Source: Spirochaetota bacterium (GTDB lineage Bacteria; Spirochaetota; UBA4802; UBA5550). From it: a stretch of DNA of 64,000 nucleotides. The position numbers and the translations under genes were made by a program. The stretch lies in contig JAKQPV010000048.1 in assembly GCA_029564515.1 (NCBI GenBank), positions 15,610 to 79,609 on the forward strand. The letters are read 5' to 3'. A model generated the notes under the pieces. That model was given only the letters and a program-made list of their open reading frames with translations. It had not been told where the DNA came from and did no database searches. This document shows positions 52,873-62,377 of the stretch, one piece after another (position 1 is the stretch's first letter; each line of letters opens with the position of its first letter).

Positions 52873-53571
52873 ATGGAAGAAATCATGTGGAAGTGTGCGC
52901 TTGCGTCACTCATGATCGCGGTATCATGGAAGTTGATGCTCGAGCCGTTATGGGAGTCGTTGCGAGATGATATAAATCTGGACAGGGCGAAGAAAGACCT
53001 GCCTGTCCTTGCTAAAGAACTGAAATTGTCGCATACGAAGGGTGATGGGTTCGGCATATACCATGGTTCGTGGAACAATCATAAAATACGAATCGAGCCG
53101 AATCATTTCCAGGCATCCATATGCATGCAGGTCAAGGGCGATCCTCAGTTTTCCGCGGTACACATGGGGGTTTCCTCGAGAATATTCCATGTTAACACGC
53201 TTTTTCACCACTTGAAGAAACTAATTATTGCGTTCATCCCCGATTATCCGGTTGCCCAGAGCGATTATCCGCCGTTCAGTTTCGAGGATGGAGAGCTGGA
53301 TGCCTATTTTCAGGAGAGGAGGCTCCTCGGTGACGGCGGAAAAAGCCTGGTTGGCAACCCTGAATTCAAGAATGCGTTGAAAGACTTCATAAGCAAAAAC
53401 AGGACAATTGTTAAAGACATGGTTGTCGGGCGGGAAGCGGGCTGCTCTCTCTGGCTGGGAGGCTCAACCGGGAAGACCAGGTTGTATTCGGTGACCGGGC
53501 GGCAGGTGAAAGAAATGCTTCCGGAAATGCTGCCGGTGGTCGAGGTGATTGAAAAACTATGCATGAAGTGA
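52873..53571 (+). CDS. hypothetical protein
   Basis: 232 aa. Visibly lower G+C than the flanking genes. One N-terminal hydrophobic segment. No recognisable motif. Confidence 0.5.
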   Translation: MEEIMWKCALASLMIAVSWKLMLEPLWESLRDDINLDRAKKDLPVLAKELKLSHTKGDGFGIYHGSWNNHKIRIEPNHFQASICMQVKGDPQFSAVHMGVSSRIFHVNTLFHHLKKLIIAFIPDYPVAQSDYPPFSFEDGELDAYFQERRLLGDGGKSLVGNPEFKNALKDFISKNRTIVKDMVVGREAGCSLWLGGSTGKTRLYSVTGRQVKEMLPEMLPVVEVIEKLCMK

Positions 53572-53750
53572 CAGCACCGTCGCGTCCCTTTCTCGCCCGG
53601 GAATAATTTTCCGGCAATCGTTGACGTGCCGGGTCATCTTTGCCGCACGCGGTGAAAAATCATTCCTCCGCACTGCACCGATACCAGCATTGTTCGTTGT
53701 TGACTGCTCATTATTTCACCTTTCCGCATCCTGGTTAGTGATCAGGTGCC

Positions 53751-54368
53751 TTACCAGCATACGCCGACCAGAGCGGGCCCTGATCCGCAGGATACTGCCG
53801 AATGGATCAGCCATGTATCAGTTATACTGCCGCTGCTTCCGGTCGTTCCGTTTGAAGCGGTCGAAGTCCAGTTGGTGCAATTCCAGCCATGGAGCCCGCC
53901 TTCTGATGTGGCGCCGGTCCAGTAGTTGCTTACAAAATTTTCAACCACACCGGCGTCACCCAGAGACGTATTTATGGAACCGTCCAGAAGATCGGCGCGG
54001 TCGTTCGCGATCACCGTTCCGTCAGGGCTCTTCACGGGCAGGTCGGCCGGGATGCCCAGGTCCCTGATCTCGTCATCTGCGGCAACGCTGATAAAAGCAT
54101 GAACCTCCCTGCAATGCAGGTTCGAATACGATGCCTGGTATGCGGCCAGCGCAAGCTGGTCGAGGTCAGCCCGGGAACTAGCGTCGGTTAGAAAATCGCC
54201 GTTATGCGATGATGATACCTGGAAGAGATAGACGGCCGGCTCGGACTGGCCGGCAAGCCCCATGATCAGCGGGTTTATTTCATTGCCGGGGTCATGACAT
54301 GAGGTGAAGTTGATCAAAGCCGGAAGGCATATCAATAATGCCGAAGCTGCCGCGATGAATTTATTCAT
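53751..54368 (-). CDS. lipoprotein, DUF1554-like (Leptospira-type Cys-rich lipoprotein)
   Basis: 205 aa from ATG 54368. Lipobox 'LINFTSC'. Spaced Cys residues and a terminal '...CGSGPALVGVCW', as I recall for DUF1554. The family call is tentative. Confidence 0.5.
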   Translation of the reverse strand: MNKFIAAASALLICLPALINFTSCHDPGNEINPLIMGLAGQSEPAVYLFQVSSSHNGDFLTDASSRADLDQLALAAYQASYSNLHCREVHAFISVAADDEIRDLGIPADLPVKSPDGTVIANDRADLLDGSINTSLGDAGVVENFVSNYWTGATSEGGLHGWNCTNWTSTASNGTTGSSGSITDTWLIHSAVSCGSGPALVGVCW

Positions 54369-54893
54369 GAAAGCCTCTTTATGGTACTTGAGTAAAATAT
54401 GCATGATTCGGCGTATATAAGCCCCTGGCGTGAGCAATATACTATGACCAGCAATGAAAATATACATTCACCGCGTTGGGTATGCATCACCCAAAAGTAG
54501 TAGATTGGGGAAATAATGGATTTTGAATTAAAAAAATGAAATGGCGACAATATGAGGAATTCCGATGCCGTCTATTGCCTCACGGTTTCGATGAGCGTGT
54601 GCGGGAGCTCATTGTGCGGCATCGATTCGAATATCCGCCGTGGGTCGTTTATATTATCTGACGGTAAGCCCCGACCGGAAATGAACGGTATTTTCCTTGA
54701 CAGTCGCGGAAAATACGTTTTTATGCTTATTGCCATGTCATGTTGAATCATGGCCGCATATATGCAATAAATAAATCGACAGTGTACATTTAATAAGGTT
54801 TTCCCCCGCCTGCTGCGGTGAGAAAGCCGCATTGCATGCAGAAAACAATTTTGTTCACAGTATAATTGATACGATTCGGGTGCCGGGTATACA

Positions 54894-56141
54894 ATGTTCG
54901 TGATGTCGATTTTATCAACAATTTCCTTTGTCACGTATATTTATGTGGGCGCCTTCGTGTTATACTTGAATTATAACTCGAAAATAAACAGAAATTTCTT
55001 CTATTCCTGCCTTGCCTTCTCCCTCTGGAGTTTTTCATATATCTTCCTGAATATGGCGCTGGCACCGGAACAGAGGGTCTTCTGGCAGAAAATGAGTTTT
55101 TGCGGTGCCCTGGTTTACGAGATATTCACATTAAGATTTTTTCTTTTTTTGACTCGTTTCGATGAAAAAATAAAGCACAGGGTTCTTGTAAATGCGCTTA
55201 TCCTGGTCATCCCGGGCGTTTTCTTGTACCAGAATATTGCCTACAACGCCATTGTTAATGATTTTCCATATGGCAAGTGGTATGTCATGGCGCATGTCTA
55301 CGCAAACAGTTATAATATGATTGGGCTTTTTCTCGTATTTGTCTGGGGCAGGAAATCAACGCGCAGAATGGAAAAAAAGCAAGCGGCGATTATCGTGAGA
55401 AGCGCCGTGGCGGTTATCATCATAACGATTATCTGCGATTACGCCATGGGGTTCATGCGCATACCAACCCTCACGCCGTTTCTTACGCTGATCTGGTGCT
55501 ATGCTATTGTTTTCGCAATGGCCAGGTATCGTCTTTTGAGTATTACGCCTGAGATGGTAAGCAGGTATATAATTGATCACATCGATGAATTGATCATTTT
55601 TTTACATGCGGACTCCACTATAGCTGCAATTAATGACAGGATGAAAGAGCTGTGCGGAGGCGATTCTCTCGTTGGCAGCCATGTTTCAAGCATCATCCCG
55701 GAACATGGAAAAATTCAGGACCGGATTCTGCTGTTGCTGTCGGACCAGACGAAAACCTTCTCTGCGCGGCTGCATTTCTGCCATGGGGGAGAAGACTCAC
55801 GGATGATGGACGCGCGCTTCAGTGTCATCACGGACAAGCTGGGGGACAGCCTGGGATTGCTGGTCATAGCGAAAGAGCTGCGGGAACTGAAGCACCTCGG
55901 GCACCTCTACACAATAACGGCGAGGGAGATCGAGATCATCCACCATGTTACCTATGGGGCGTCCAACAAGGAGATAGCTTCGTATCTTGGTATAAGCGAG
56001 AACACCATGAAGCGTCATATCACGAATATATATAACAAGCTCAATGTGAACAACAAGATGGGACTGCTGCGGCTTCTCGACGACCTGAATATCTCCTACG
56101 AAGATCCCGGTAATCGCCGCGATGCCGCGAAGGGATTTTGA
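54894..56141 (+). CDS. membrane-bound one-component regulator: 7TM sensor region / PAS-like / LuxR-type HTH
   Basis: 415 aa. About 6-7 N-terminal TM helices (histidine-kinase 7TM-like). C-terminal 'ITAREIEIIHHVTYGASNKEIASYLGISENTMKRHITNIYNKLNV' fits the GerE/LuxR HTH. Low G+C by eye. Confidence 0.75.
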   Translation: MFVMSILSTISFVTYIYVGAFVLYLNYNSKINRNFFYSCLAFSLWSFSYIFLNMALAPEQRVFWQKMSFCGALVYEIFTLRFFLFLTRFDEKIKHRVLVNALILVIPGVFLYQNIAYNAIVNDFPYGKWYVMAHVYANSYNMIGLFLVFVWGRKSTRRMEKKQAAIIVRSAVAVIIITIICDYAMGFMRIPTLTPFLTLIWCYAIVFAMARYRLLSITPEMVSRYIIDHIDELIIFLHADSTIAAINDRMKELCGGDSLVGSHVSSIIPEHGKIQDRILLLLSDQTKTFSARLHFCHGGEDSRMMDARFSVITDKLGDSLGLLVIAKELRELKHLGHLYTITAREIEIIHHVTYGASNKEIASYLGISENTMKRHITNIYNKLNVNNKMGLLRLLDDLNISYEDPGNRRDAAKGF

Positions 56142-56425
56142 AATGTCTACCTGTGCGCATATTCCATGATATCGTACTGCGTTGCCGTGCGTTTGCCGGG
56201 CAGATAAACGAGCATTCGGGCCAGATCCGTATGAGGATGCGTTGAAAGACAGGAGGGGACAACCATCAGGAACGGTCTATAGCCGGAAACCGTGCGTCGG
56301 GTTAAGGGGATGCTTCCGGAATGCGGCCGATTGCGGAAATGACGGGAAGAATGGGACGGAAGCGCTGCTTCCTGCCGGAACAACAGACGATCCGGCGCAT
56401 TAAACCGGGTCATGACTGGTGGACG

Positions 56426-56941
56426 CTAAGCGGCCCGTTCCCGAAAAAGTTGTACGGCACAATACAGGCCGAAGCCGAGGAATCCCAGGCCCATTAAAAT
56501 GAAGATATAATTCTCTTCGCCCCCCTCAGTCTCCAGGACGGATTCTTCCGGAACGCGCGGATTGTAATAAACCTCGGCACTTCTTCCCGCGCAATATTTT
56601 TTCGCTTTCTCACTCCAGTAATCCCGGTCGCCTGTGTGGGGCCCGAAGTTAAACCTCCGCCCCCGGTGCGCCACTCCGGCGACCTCGTATTCATATTCCA
56701 TGTCCAGGTCGTAGGCCACCGTTTCGCCCAGGCTGCTCTGACCGTAGCGCCCGCCGACGGATGAGCTCCGGTGCTTCGCCACGCGGCATTTTACAAGCTT
56801 ACCCGTTGTCGACGGCCAGTCGGCGCTGTCATCGGCAGCCCTGATCAGTAGAATGAAGTAGCCCAGGGTTGCAATGCCGCCTGCCAGGCAGAGCAGGGCC
56901 AGGACAGAAAGGGGTTTATTGGCCAGAACCTTTTGAAGCAT
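56426..56941 (-). CDS. DUF3592-like membrane protein
   Basis: 171 aa. TM helix, then a beta-rich central domain ('WPSTTGKLVKCRV...YEYEVAGVAHRGRRF...YYNPRVPEESVL'), then a TM helix. Confidence 0.65.
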   Translation of the reverse strand: MLQKVLANKPLSVLALLCLAGGIATLGYFILLIRAADDSADWPSTTGKLVKCRVAKHRSSSVGGRYGQSSLGETVAYDLDMEYEYEVAGVAHRGRRFNFGPHTGDRDYWSEKAKKYCAGRSAEVYYNPRVPEESVLETEGGEENYIFILMGLGFLGFGLYCAVQLFRERAA

Positions 56942-58665
56942 TATTTCTTTTCCCGCGCCTCCTTCAGCTCCCCGGCCAGGGTCTCGTCATAACGGTCGGT
57001 CCAGAGGCCCTTCCAGAGGAGCGATCCGTCGGGATTCAGCACTCGTAAATCCATGAGCTTGTAGGCGCACAGGTGGATGGAACCCTGCTCCGACGCCGAG
57101 ATCCTTTTTGACCAGGTGCCGATGGAATAATTATGCTTCGGCGCATGCGGGCCGGCCAGGAGCCGGAAGGAGCCGTCGGTCCCGATGCGCGCCACGTGGG
57201 GCCAGTCTTCCCCGCCGATTTTTTTCTTATGCCAGAAGATGATGCATATGGTGCCGTCCCCGGCGATGCAGAAATCCTCTATTTCCCTTATTGCTTTCTG
57301 TTCCGGACGTATCAAGCCGAGGAATTTTCCATCGCGGTCATAGCGCGCGGTGACGGCGCTTGCCGGGTCCATCATGTAAAGGATGCCGTCCGGGCCCGCT
57401 TCAAGCAGCGCGTTTTCCGGCGGCTGAGCCGGGCAGTCCGGCATGGCGTCCCATGCGGGGACCGTGCGTTCAAGGCCGGCGTTGTCGCGGCCGGGCCAGA
57501 GGGAGATCCGCTTTCCCGTTTTATCGAAGCGGCGAATTTCCCTGAGGCCGGTCTTGCTGTTTAATTGCGCGATTTCTTCTGCTGTCAGCGTATGAGGGCC
57601 TTTTTCCCGTATCCGCTCCGTGATTGTGCCCCCGGGCGGGCCCTCCTTCCACGTGCGGTATACCAGGAGCGTGGTATCGCTGCAGGCGGCGACATTGTAA
57701 TTGTCCAGTACGGAAATAAGGCCCGGGTCATCCACGTCGTTTCCGATAGTGTTGATTTTTTTTCCCGTTGCGGCGTTGAAGGAGAGCACTATCTCCGCGT
57801 CGTGGTCCATGATCCAGAGCGTGTCCGATGCGCCGACATAGAAAAGGCGGGCATATCCCGTGCAGGGGATACCGCGCACGATCCACCGCATAAGCCCGGT
57901 CTTCTCGACGCGTCCGAGACGGTATTCGCTCTCCTCTTCCCACAGCAGGGCCGTGGTGTCATCGGGCATTCCGGCCAGGTCCACGAACTCGTTGATGTCG
58001 AGGGGCAGCATGGCTTCGGCGTCCCCGAGGTCGATGATAACGTACCATGGGCGTGCGGTCTTTACCGGATGGAGGCGCATCCATATGTCGTCCGGTACCA
58101 GGAAATCACCGTTGCAATAGGCGCACCGTACGGTGCGCCTGGATCCGTCCAGGGGCAGCGGACTGCCGCAGTGATAGCAGAAGATGGAGATGGATACCGC
58201 GCCCCGGAGATCCTCTTCGTCCTCTTCGGGCGCAATCTCATCCACAAGGAGCCGCGCGAAGGGCAGGACCCTGTCGAACCATTGGGGCGGCCTGCGAACG
58301 CTCGATATCGTTCCGCACCCAGTGCAGGTGGAAACGGTATCGCCCTCGTCGACGATTTTAATCAAATCACCGATGTCCCGGGCTCCATTGCATGTCCGGC
58401 AGCGCGGGGCTTGCTGCCCGAAACTCGAACGATAGCTGCCCATACCGGCCATGATGCCGGTCGCCCAGGAATCCGAACCCGGTTTCATGCTGGCTGCTTC
58501 CAGGAGGCGGGGCGTCGCCACCGTCTGCCAGATTCCCACCGGCATTTCGGCAGTAGAGTTGCAGTGCGGGCAGAGGACGCTCTCTGCGGCCCGGTTTACC
58601 GGCAGGGGCCGCTCGCACCGGGAGCAGGTGATTGACAACTCCAGAAAAATCGATTTCATTGACAT
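56941..58665 (-). CDS. triple zinc-ribbon / beta-propeller-like protein, unknown function
   Basis: About 574 aa from ATG 58665. Three CxxC...CxxC pairs ('CSRCE..CPHCN', 'CRTCN..CTGCG', 'CYHCG..CAYCN') followed by a repeat-rich C-terminal region. Its stop overlaps the start of the DUF3592 gene by 1 nt. Confidence 0.6.
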   Translation of the reverse strand: MSMKSIFLELSITCSRCERPLPVNRAAESVLCPHCNSTAEMPVGIWQTVATPRLLEAASMKPGSDSWATGIMAGMGSYRSSFGQQAPRCRTCNGARDIGDLIKIVDEGDTVSTCTGCGTISSVRRPPQWFDRVLPFARLLVDEIAPEEDEEDLRGAVSISIFCYHCGSPLPLDGSRRTVRCAYCNGDFLVPDDIWMRLHPVKTARPWYVIIDLGDAEAMLPLDINEFVDLAGMPDDTTALLWEEESEYRLGRVEKTGLMRWIVRGIPCTGYARLFYVGASDTLWIMDHDAEIVLSFNAATGKKINTIGNDVDDPGLISVLDNYNVAACSDTTLLVYRTWKEGPPGGTITERIREKGPHTLTAEEIAQLNSKTGLREIRRFDKTGKRISLWPGRDNAGLERTVPAWDAMPDCPAQPPENALLEAGPDGILYMMDPASAVTARYDRDGKFLGLIRPEQKAIREIEDFCIAGDGTICIIFWHKKKIGGEDWPHVARIGTDGSFRLLAGPHAPKHNYSIGTWSKRISASEQGSIHLCAYKLMDLRVLNPDGSLLWKGLWTDRYDETLAGELKEAREKK

Positions 58666-59120
58666 GTGTCCGTAACCTTCGATTCCGGGAATTACCGGGT
58701 TCGGGAAAAACACCCGCGAGCATACATTCTTCATTCATGGAAGTCAATTATTATTGTTGTATTATTCAACGGTCTTCCGGAGGGGAGAAACGGACGGTGC
58801 CGCAGCTTTCAGATGGAAACGGCGAATTTCGTAAGTCGGAGGGGTAGTGACAGGGCCGGCTGCGCGTCTTATGAAATTATACCATTTCGTTCCAATCGAC
58901 CCTGGTATTTGATGAATGGATTGTAGTGTGCCGGGGATACAGGCTTTCGCCATGAAATAGCACTGAATGTGTGTTTGGTGATAATCAAACCGGAAATTTT
59001 CACGTGCCCGACCAGAGTATATATCCCGGATGCCGATTCGATTCAGGACGGAAGAGGGCCCTGTCTTGGCCCATGCTGCGCCGAGTCTCCTGACGCCTGG
59101 CGGTGCGGTACCGCTTCCGC

Positions 59121-59321
59121 TTAATGAATCGTGGGACCGGTACTGATTTTTTTTGCAGCTACTCGTACTTCATCGTAGTTGTTCCCGGCCCTGATACAGG
59201 TCGCAAAAGCCCGGTCTTCGGCCTCTTCCAGGCTGGAAGCCTTCAATTCGGTTTCCAGTAAAATCTCTCCGCTCTTCCTGTTTGAACATGTCGTGCTATA
59301 TGTGGATGTACTATCGTTCAT
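59121..59321 (-). CDS. small hypothetical protein (66 aa)
   Basis: RBS 'GGGAGG' 6 nt upstream of the ATG. No recognisable motif. Confidence 0.45.
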   Translation of the reverse strand: MNDSTSTYSTTCSNRKSGEILLETELKASSLEEAEDRAFATCIRAGNNYDEVRVAAKKISTGPTIH

Positions 59322-59468
59322 TTTATTCCTCCCTGTGAACTCCCGGAGCCAGCGCCTCCGATAGTATAGTTATTTAAAATATACTAAATTACCGTACGGT
59401 TGTCAAAAATATTTTTTTGAAACAACTACGTGTAAATCGCAGGGAGGGCCTCAGTGTCCAATACCGGC

Positions 59469-59498
59469 TTGACAACCCCCGGTTTCCGTGCCTACACT
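59469..59498 (+). promoter_or_regulatory. sigma70-like promoter
   Basis: TTGACA, 18 nt, TACACT, upstream of ATG 59542. Confidence 0.45.
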
Positions 59499-59541
59499 CA
59501 ATGCAAAGGCTTCTATCTCCGTGAAATGGGAGGAAAACACT

Positions 59542-60411
59542 ATGGTCATCGACTGCCATTACCACCTGGATGAGCGTTATCTTGCTATCGACGAGCTGAT
59601 AAAAAAGATGGATGAAGCCGGGGTGGAAAAGACCGCGCTCATGGGAGCGCAGATTGACCCCTACCCGGAGCCGTCGCGGTTCCTGATATCGCTGCTCCTC
59701 CCGATGCTCACCATCCGCGCCCTGCGTCCTGTCGGGAAGATGTTTATCGCCAATTTCACACAGAACGGCATCAAGCTCATGGGCAAGGAGTATCCTCTTT
59801 ATATCGACCCGGACAACGGCCCGGTATTCGACGCGGTGAAAAAGCACCCGGACCGGTTCCTGGGGTGGATCTTCGTGAACCCGCATGGCAAAAAGGACCA
59901 GGTCGTCGAATTCGAGAAGTGGAGAAAGATAAAGGGAGTTGCCGGCGTGAAGGCCCACTGCTTCTGGAACCACCACACCCCGATTGAGCTGAAGCCGGTG
60001 GCGGAGAGGCTCGCGTCCGCAGGCCTTCCCCTCATCGTACACCTCGGTTACGGGCCGGAAGGCGACTACGGGTCGCTCCTTAAAGCGGTGCCGGAGCTGA
60101 AGCTGATCATGGCGCACACCGGGTTTCCCGGCTACTCGGACACCTGGCGCGAGATCAAGGGCCGCAAGAATGTGTTCGTGGACCTGTCGCAGACCAGCTA
60201 CGTGAGTCCCGGCACCCTTCGGGCGGCGGTGAAATATCTCGGCGTGCAGCGCTGTCTCTTCGGCACGGACGGCCCCTTCGGGTTCCGCGGTAAAGACGGT
60301 AAGTTCGATTACGGCCTCATCAAGCGGAGGATCGAGGCGGCCTTCCCGGACGCCGGGACAAGGCGGAGGCTCCTCGGCGACAACTTTCGGGAGATCGCCG
60401 GGGTGCGGTAA
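59542..60411 (+). CDS. metal-dependent amidohydrolase-superfamily (TIM-barrel) hydrolase
   Basis: 289 aa from ATG 59542 (RBS 'GGGAGG'). 'MVIDCHYHLD' HxH metal motif and late 'FGTDGP' Asp motif. Confidence 0.8.
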   Translation: MVIDCHYHLDERYLAIDELIKKMDEAGVEKTALMGAQIDPYPEPSRFLISLLLPMLTIRALRPVGKMFIANFTQNGIKLMGKEYPLYIDPDNGPVFDAVKKHPDRFLGWIFVNPHGKKDQVVEFEKWRKIKGVAGVKAHCFWNHHTPIELKPVAERLASAGLPLIVHLGYGPEGDYGSLLKAVPELKLIMAHTGFPGYSDTWREIKGRKNVFVDLSQTSYVSPGTLRAAVKYLGVQRCLFGTDGPFGFRGKDGKFDYGLIKRRIEAAFPDAGTRRRLLGDNFREIAGVR

Positions 60412-60441
60412 GCGGTGTGGAGAAGAACAACTTGACTCCGC

Positions 60442-61647
60442 ATGGTTGACGGGATATGCCAGGCCATGGAACCTGAATTAAAAAGCCTTGTCATCTGGTA
60501 TGTGCTGTTCGCCGGGGTGCTCCTGCCGGTCAATGGATATATCTTCATGCGCGGATGGCAGACCCTTCCGGAGAAGCGGGTCTTTCGCTGGCCCTATGCG
60601 GGCCTGTATCTTTTCCTGTCACTCTCGTACTTTGTTGGAAGGGCCATTGAAAAGGTGTCGATCTGCGCAGCCAGCGATGCGCTTTTCTGGACCGGCTCGT
60701 TCTGGTTCGGCATCATGCTCTACCTCTTCATTGCCGCGCTGCTCGTCGACGCGGTGCGCCTGCTGAACAGGTTTCTGCCGTTCCTGCCGGAGAAGGGAAC
60801 GGCGGGGTACGCCAGGGTAAAGCGTGCCGCTGCGGCCGGCGCCGTCGTTATCACGCTTGCCGTCCAGTCGGCGGGTTTCTTCCATGCGCGGGAGACCCGC
60901 GTTACCGGGCTTGAGCTCGATATCCCCAAATGGGCCGGCGGCATGGAGGCCCTCACCATCGCGCTTGTCACGGACATCCATCTGGGGACCATCATATCCA
61001 ACGGGCGGCTTGCCGTCATGGTGGAGAAAGTCAACCGCCTAGAGCCGGATATCGTCCTTCTTGCCGGCGACATGGTCGACGAAGACGTCGCCCCCGTATT
61101 GGAGAAGAATATGGGCGAACTGCTAAAAAATCTCCGCTCCCGGTTCGGCACCTACGCTGTGACGGGAAACCATGAGTACTATGGCGACGTGGAGGAGACC
61201 TGCCGCTACCTGGAACGGAGCGGCGTCACCATGCTGAGGGACAGGGCGGTGAGGATAGGGGATTTCTTCTACCTCGCCGGTCGTGATGAAGCCACGAAGG
61301 AGACGCAAACAGGCGGCCGCTGTCTTCCCCTCCCGGATATCCTGCGCGGCGTCGATACGCGGCTCCCGGTGATACTCATGGACCACAACCCTGCCAGGAT
61401 ACGGGAAACCAGGGGGAGCCCGGTGGACCTGTCGCTGTCCGGCCATACGCACGACGGGCAGCTGTGGCCGATCGGCCTCATCACCCGGCGCGTCTACGAG
61501 ATCAGCCGCGGGCACCGGATGATCGGTGCGACCCACTTTTTCGTTTCGCAGGGTTTCGGCACCTGGGGACCTCCCGTCCGGGTGGGTACCGACTCGGAGA
61601 TCGTACGGATCGTGGTGCGGTTCAGGAAAACGCCCGGGAGCAAGTGA
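60442..61647 (+). CDS. membrane-anchored metallophosphoesterase (YkuE/calcineurin-like)
   Basis: 401 aa. N-terminal TM helices. 'VTDIHLG', 'AGDMVDE', 'GNHEYY' and 'SGHTHDGQ' motifs. Confidence 0.85.
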   Translation: MVDGICQAMEPELKSLVIWYVLFAGVLLPVNGYIFMRGWQTLPEKRVFRWPYAGLYLFLSLSYFVGRAIEKVSICAASDALFWTGSFWFGIMLYLFIAALLVDAVRLLNRFLPFLPEKGTAGYARVKRAAAAGAVVITLAVQSAGFFHARETRVTGLELDIPKWAGGMEALTIALVTDIHLGTIISNGRLAVMVEKVNRLEPDIVLLAGDMVDEDVAPVLEKNMGELLKNLRSRFGTYAVTGNHEYYGDVEETCRYLERSGVTMLRDRAVRIGDFFYLAGRDEATKETQTGGRCLPLPDILRGVDTRLPVILMDHNPARIRETRGSPVDLSLSGHTHDGQLWPIGLITRRVYEISRGHRMIGATHFFVSQGFGTWGPPVRVGTDSEIVRIVVRFRKTPGSK

Positions 61648-62217
61648 TCAGGCCCCCGCCGCTTTCACCCCCAGCTCGCGCGCCTTCTTCCTCGCGGTTT
61701 CGTCCATGCTGATCTCGCCCTTTTCACTTGCGGAGGCCATGACCGCGCCAAGCCACCTCATCTTCGTCATGTCCACCGTTGACCTGAAGCTGTGCACTAT
61801 CGGGTCGGCCGTATGCACGTCCGGATCCCCGCATACCGTGATCAGGCCTATGGGCTTGCCTTTCATCTTCGGGTAGTACTGCTTCTGCCATTTCCATTCC
61901 GCGTCAAACAGGGCGCACCACCGGTCCAGGTAGGCTTTCATCTGCGCGGTCATGGACCAGAAGTAGACCGGCACGCTGTGGATGATGGCATCCGCTTCCA
62001 CTATTTTTTCGTGGATCCCGGGCATGTCGTCCCTGATGACGCACAGGCCGGTCTCGTTGCATTTCTTGCAGTCTTTGCATCCGGAAATTTTCATTTTATC
62101 CAGGATTATTTTTTCCACCTGCGCGCCCGCCTTTTCGGCCCCGGCCAGGGCATCGTCAAGGAGAACATCGCTGTTGCCGCCGACCCGCGGGCTTCCCATA
62201 ATGCCAAGGACCTTCAT
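61648..62217 (-). CDS. NADPH-dependent FMN reductase / iron-sulfur flavoprotein (Isf-like)
   Basis: 189 aa from ATG 62217. 'MKVLGIMGSPRVGGNS' flavodoxin-like start. Compact Cys cluster 'CKDCKKCNETGLC' (CX2CX2CX5C). Confidence 0.8.
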   Translation of the reverse strand: MKVLGIMGSPRVGGNSDVLLDDALAGAEKAGAQVEKIILDKMKISGCKDCKKCNETGLCVIRDDMPGIHEKIVEADAIIHSVPVYFWSMTAQMKAYLDRWCALFDAEWKWQKQYYPKMKGKPIGLITVCGDPDVHTADPIVHSFRSTVDMTKMRWLGAVMASASEKGEISMDETARKKARELGVKAAGA

Positions 62218-62377
62218 GACCCACCTCCTGATTGTGCTAACATTCGGGAGCCTCTGGCGTAAAATTTCAAGATTTATTTTCCGGCATGGCGCCCGGGACA
62301 TGCTGCCGGAGTCAATTCATCCCGTGATATCCGCGAATTAAACCCTTAAAACATTAGCACTTGACAATATTCTCATC

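Noticed and set aside
53621-54067. 148-aa plus-strand ORF
   Set aside because: It is antisense to the DUF1554-like lipoprotein gene, which has a signal peptide and lipobox. It has no RBS or motif of its own.
54552-54934. Short ORFs (64 aa on the + strand, 120 aa on the - strand) in the 525-nt AT-rich gap upstream of the LuxR-type gene
   Set aside because: They have no RBS, no motifs and mutually overlapping frames. I treat the region as non-coding or regulatory, though a degraded gene remnant cannot be excluded without tBLASTx.
57565-58635. 356-aa plus-strand ORF
   Set aside because: It is antisense to the zinc-ribbon/propeller-like gene. The minus frame has ordered CxxC pairs, an RBS and coupling to the downstream gene. 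The plus frame is Arg/Gly/Pro/Ala-rich.
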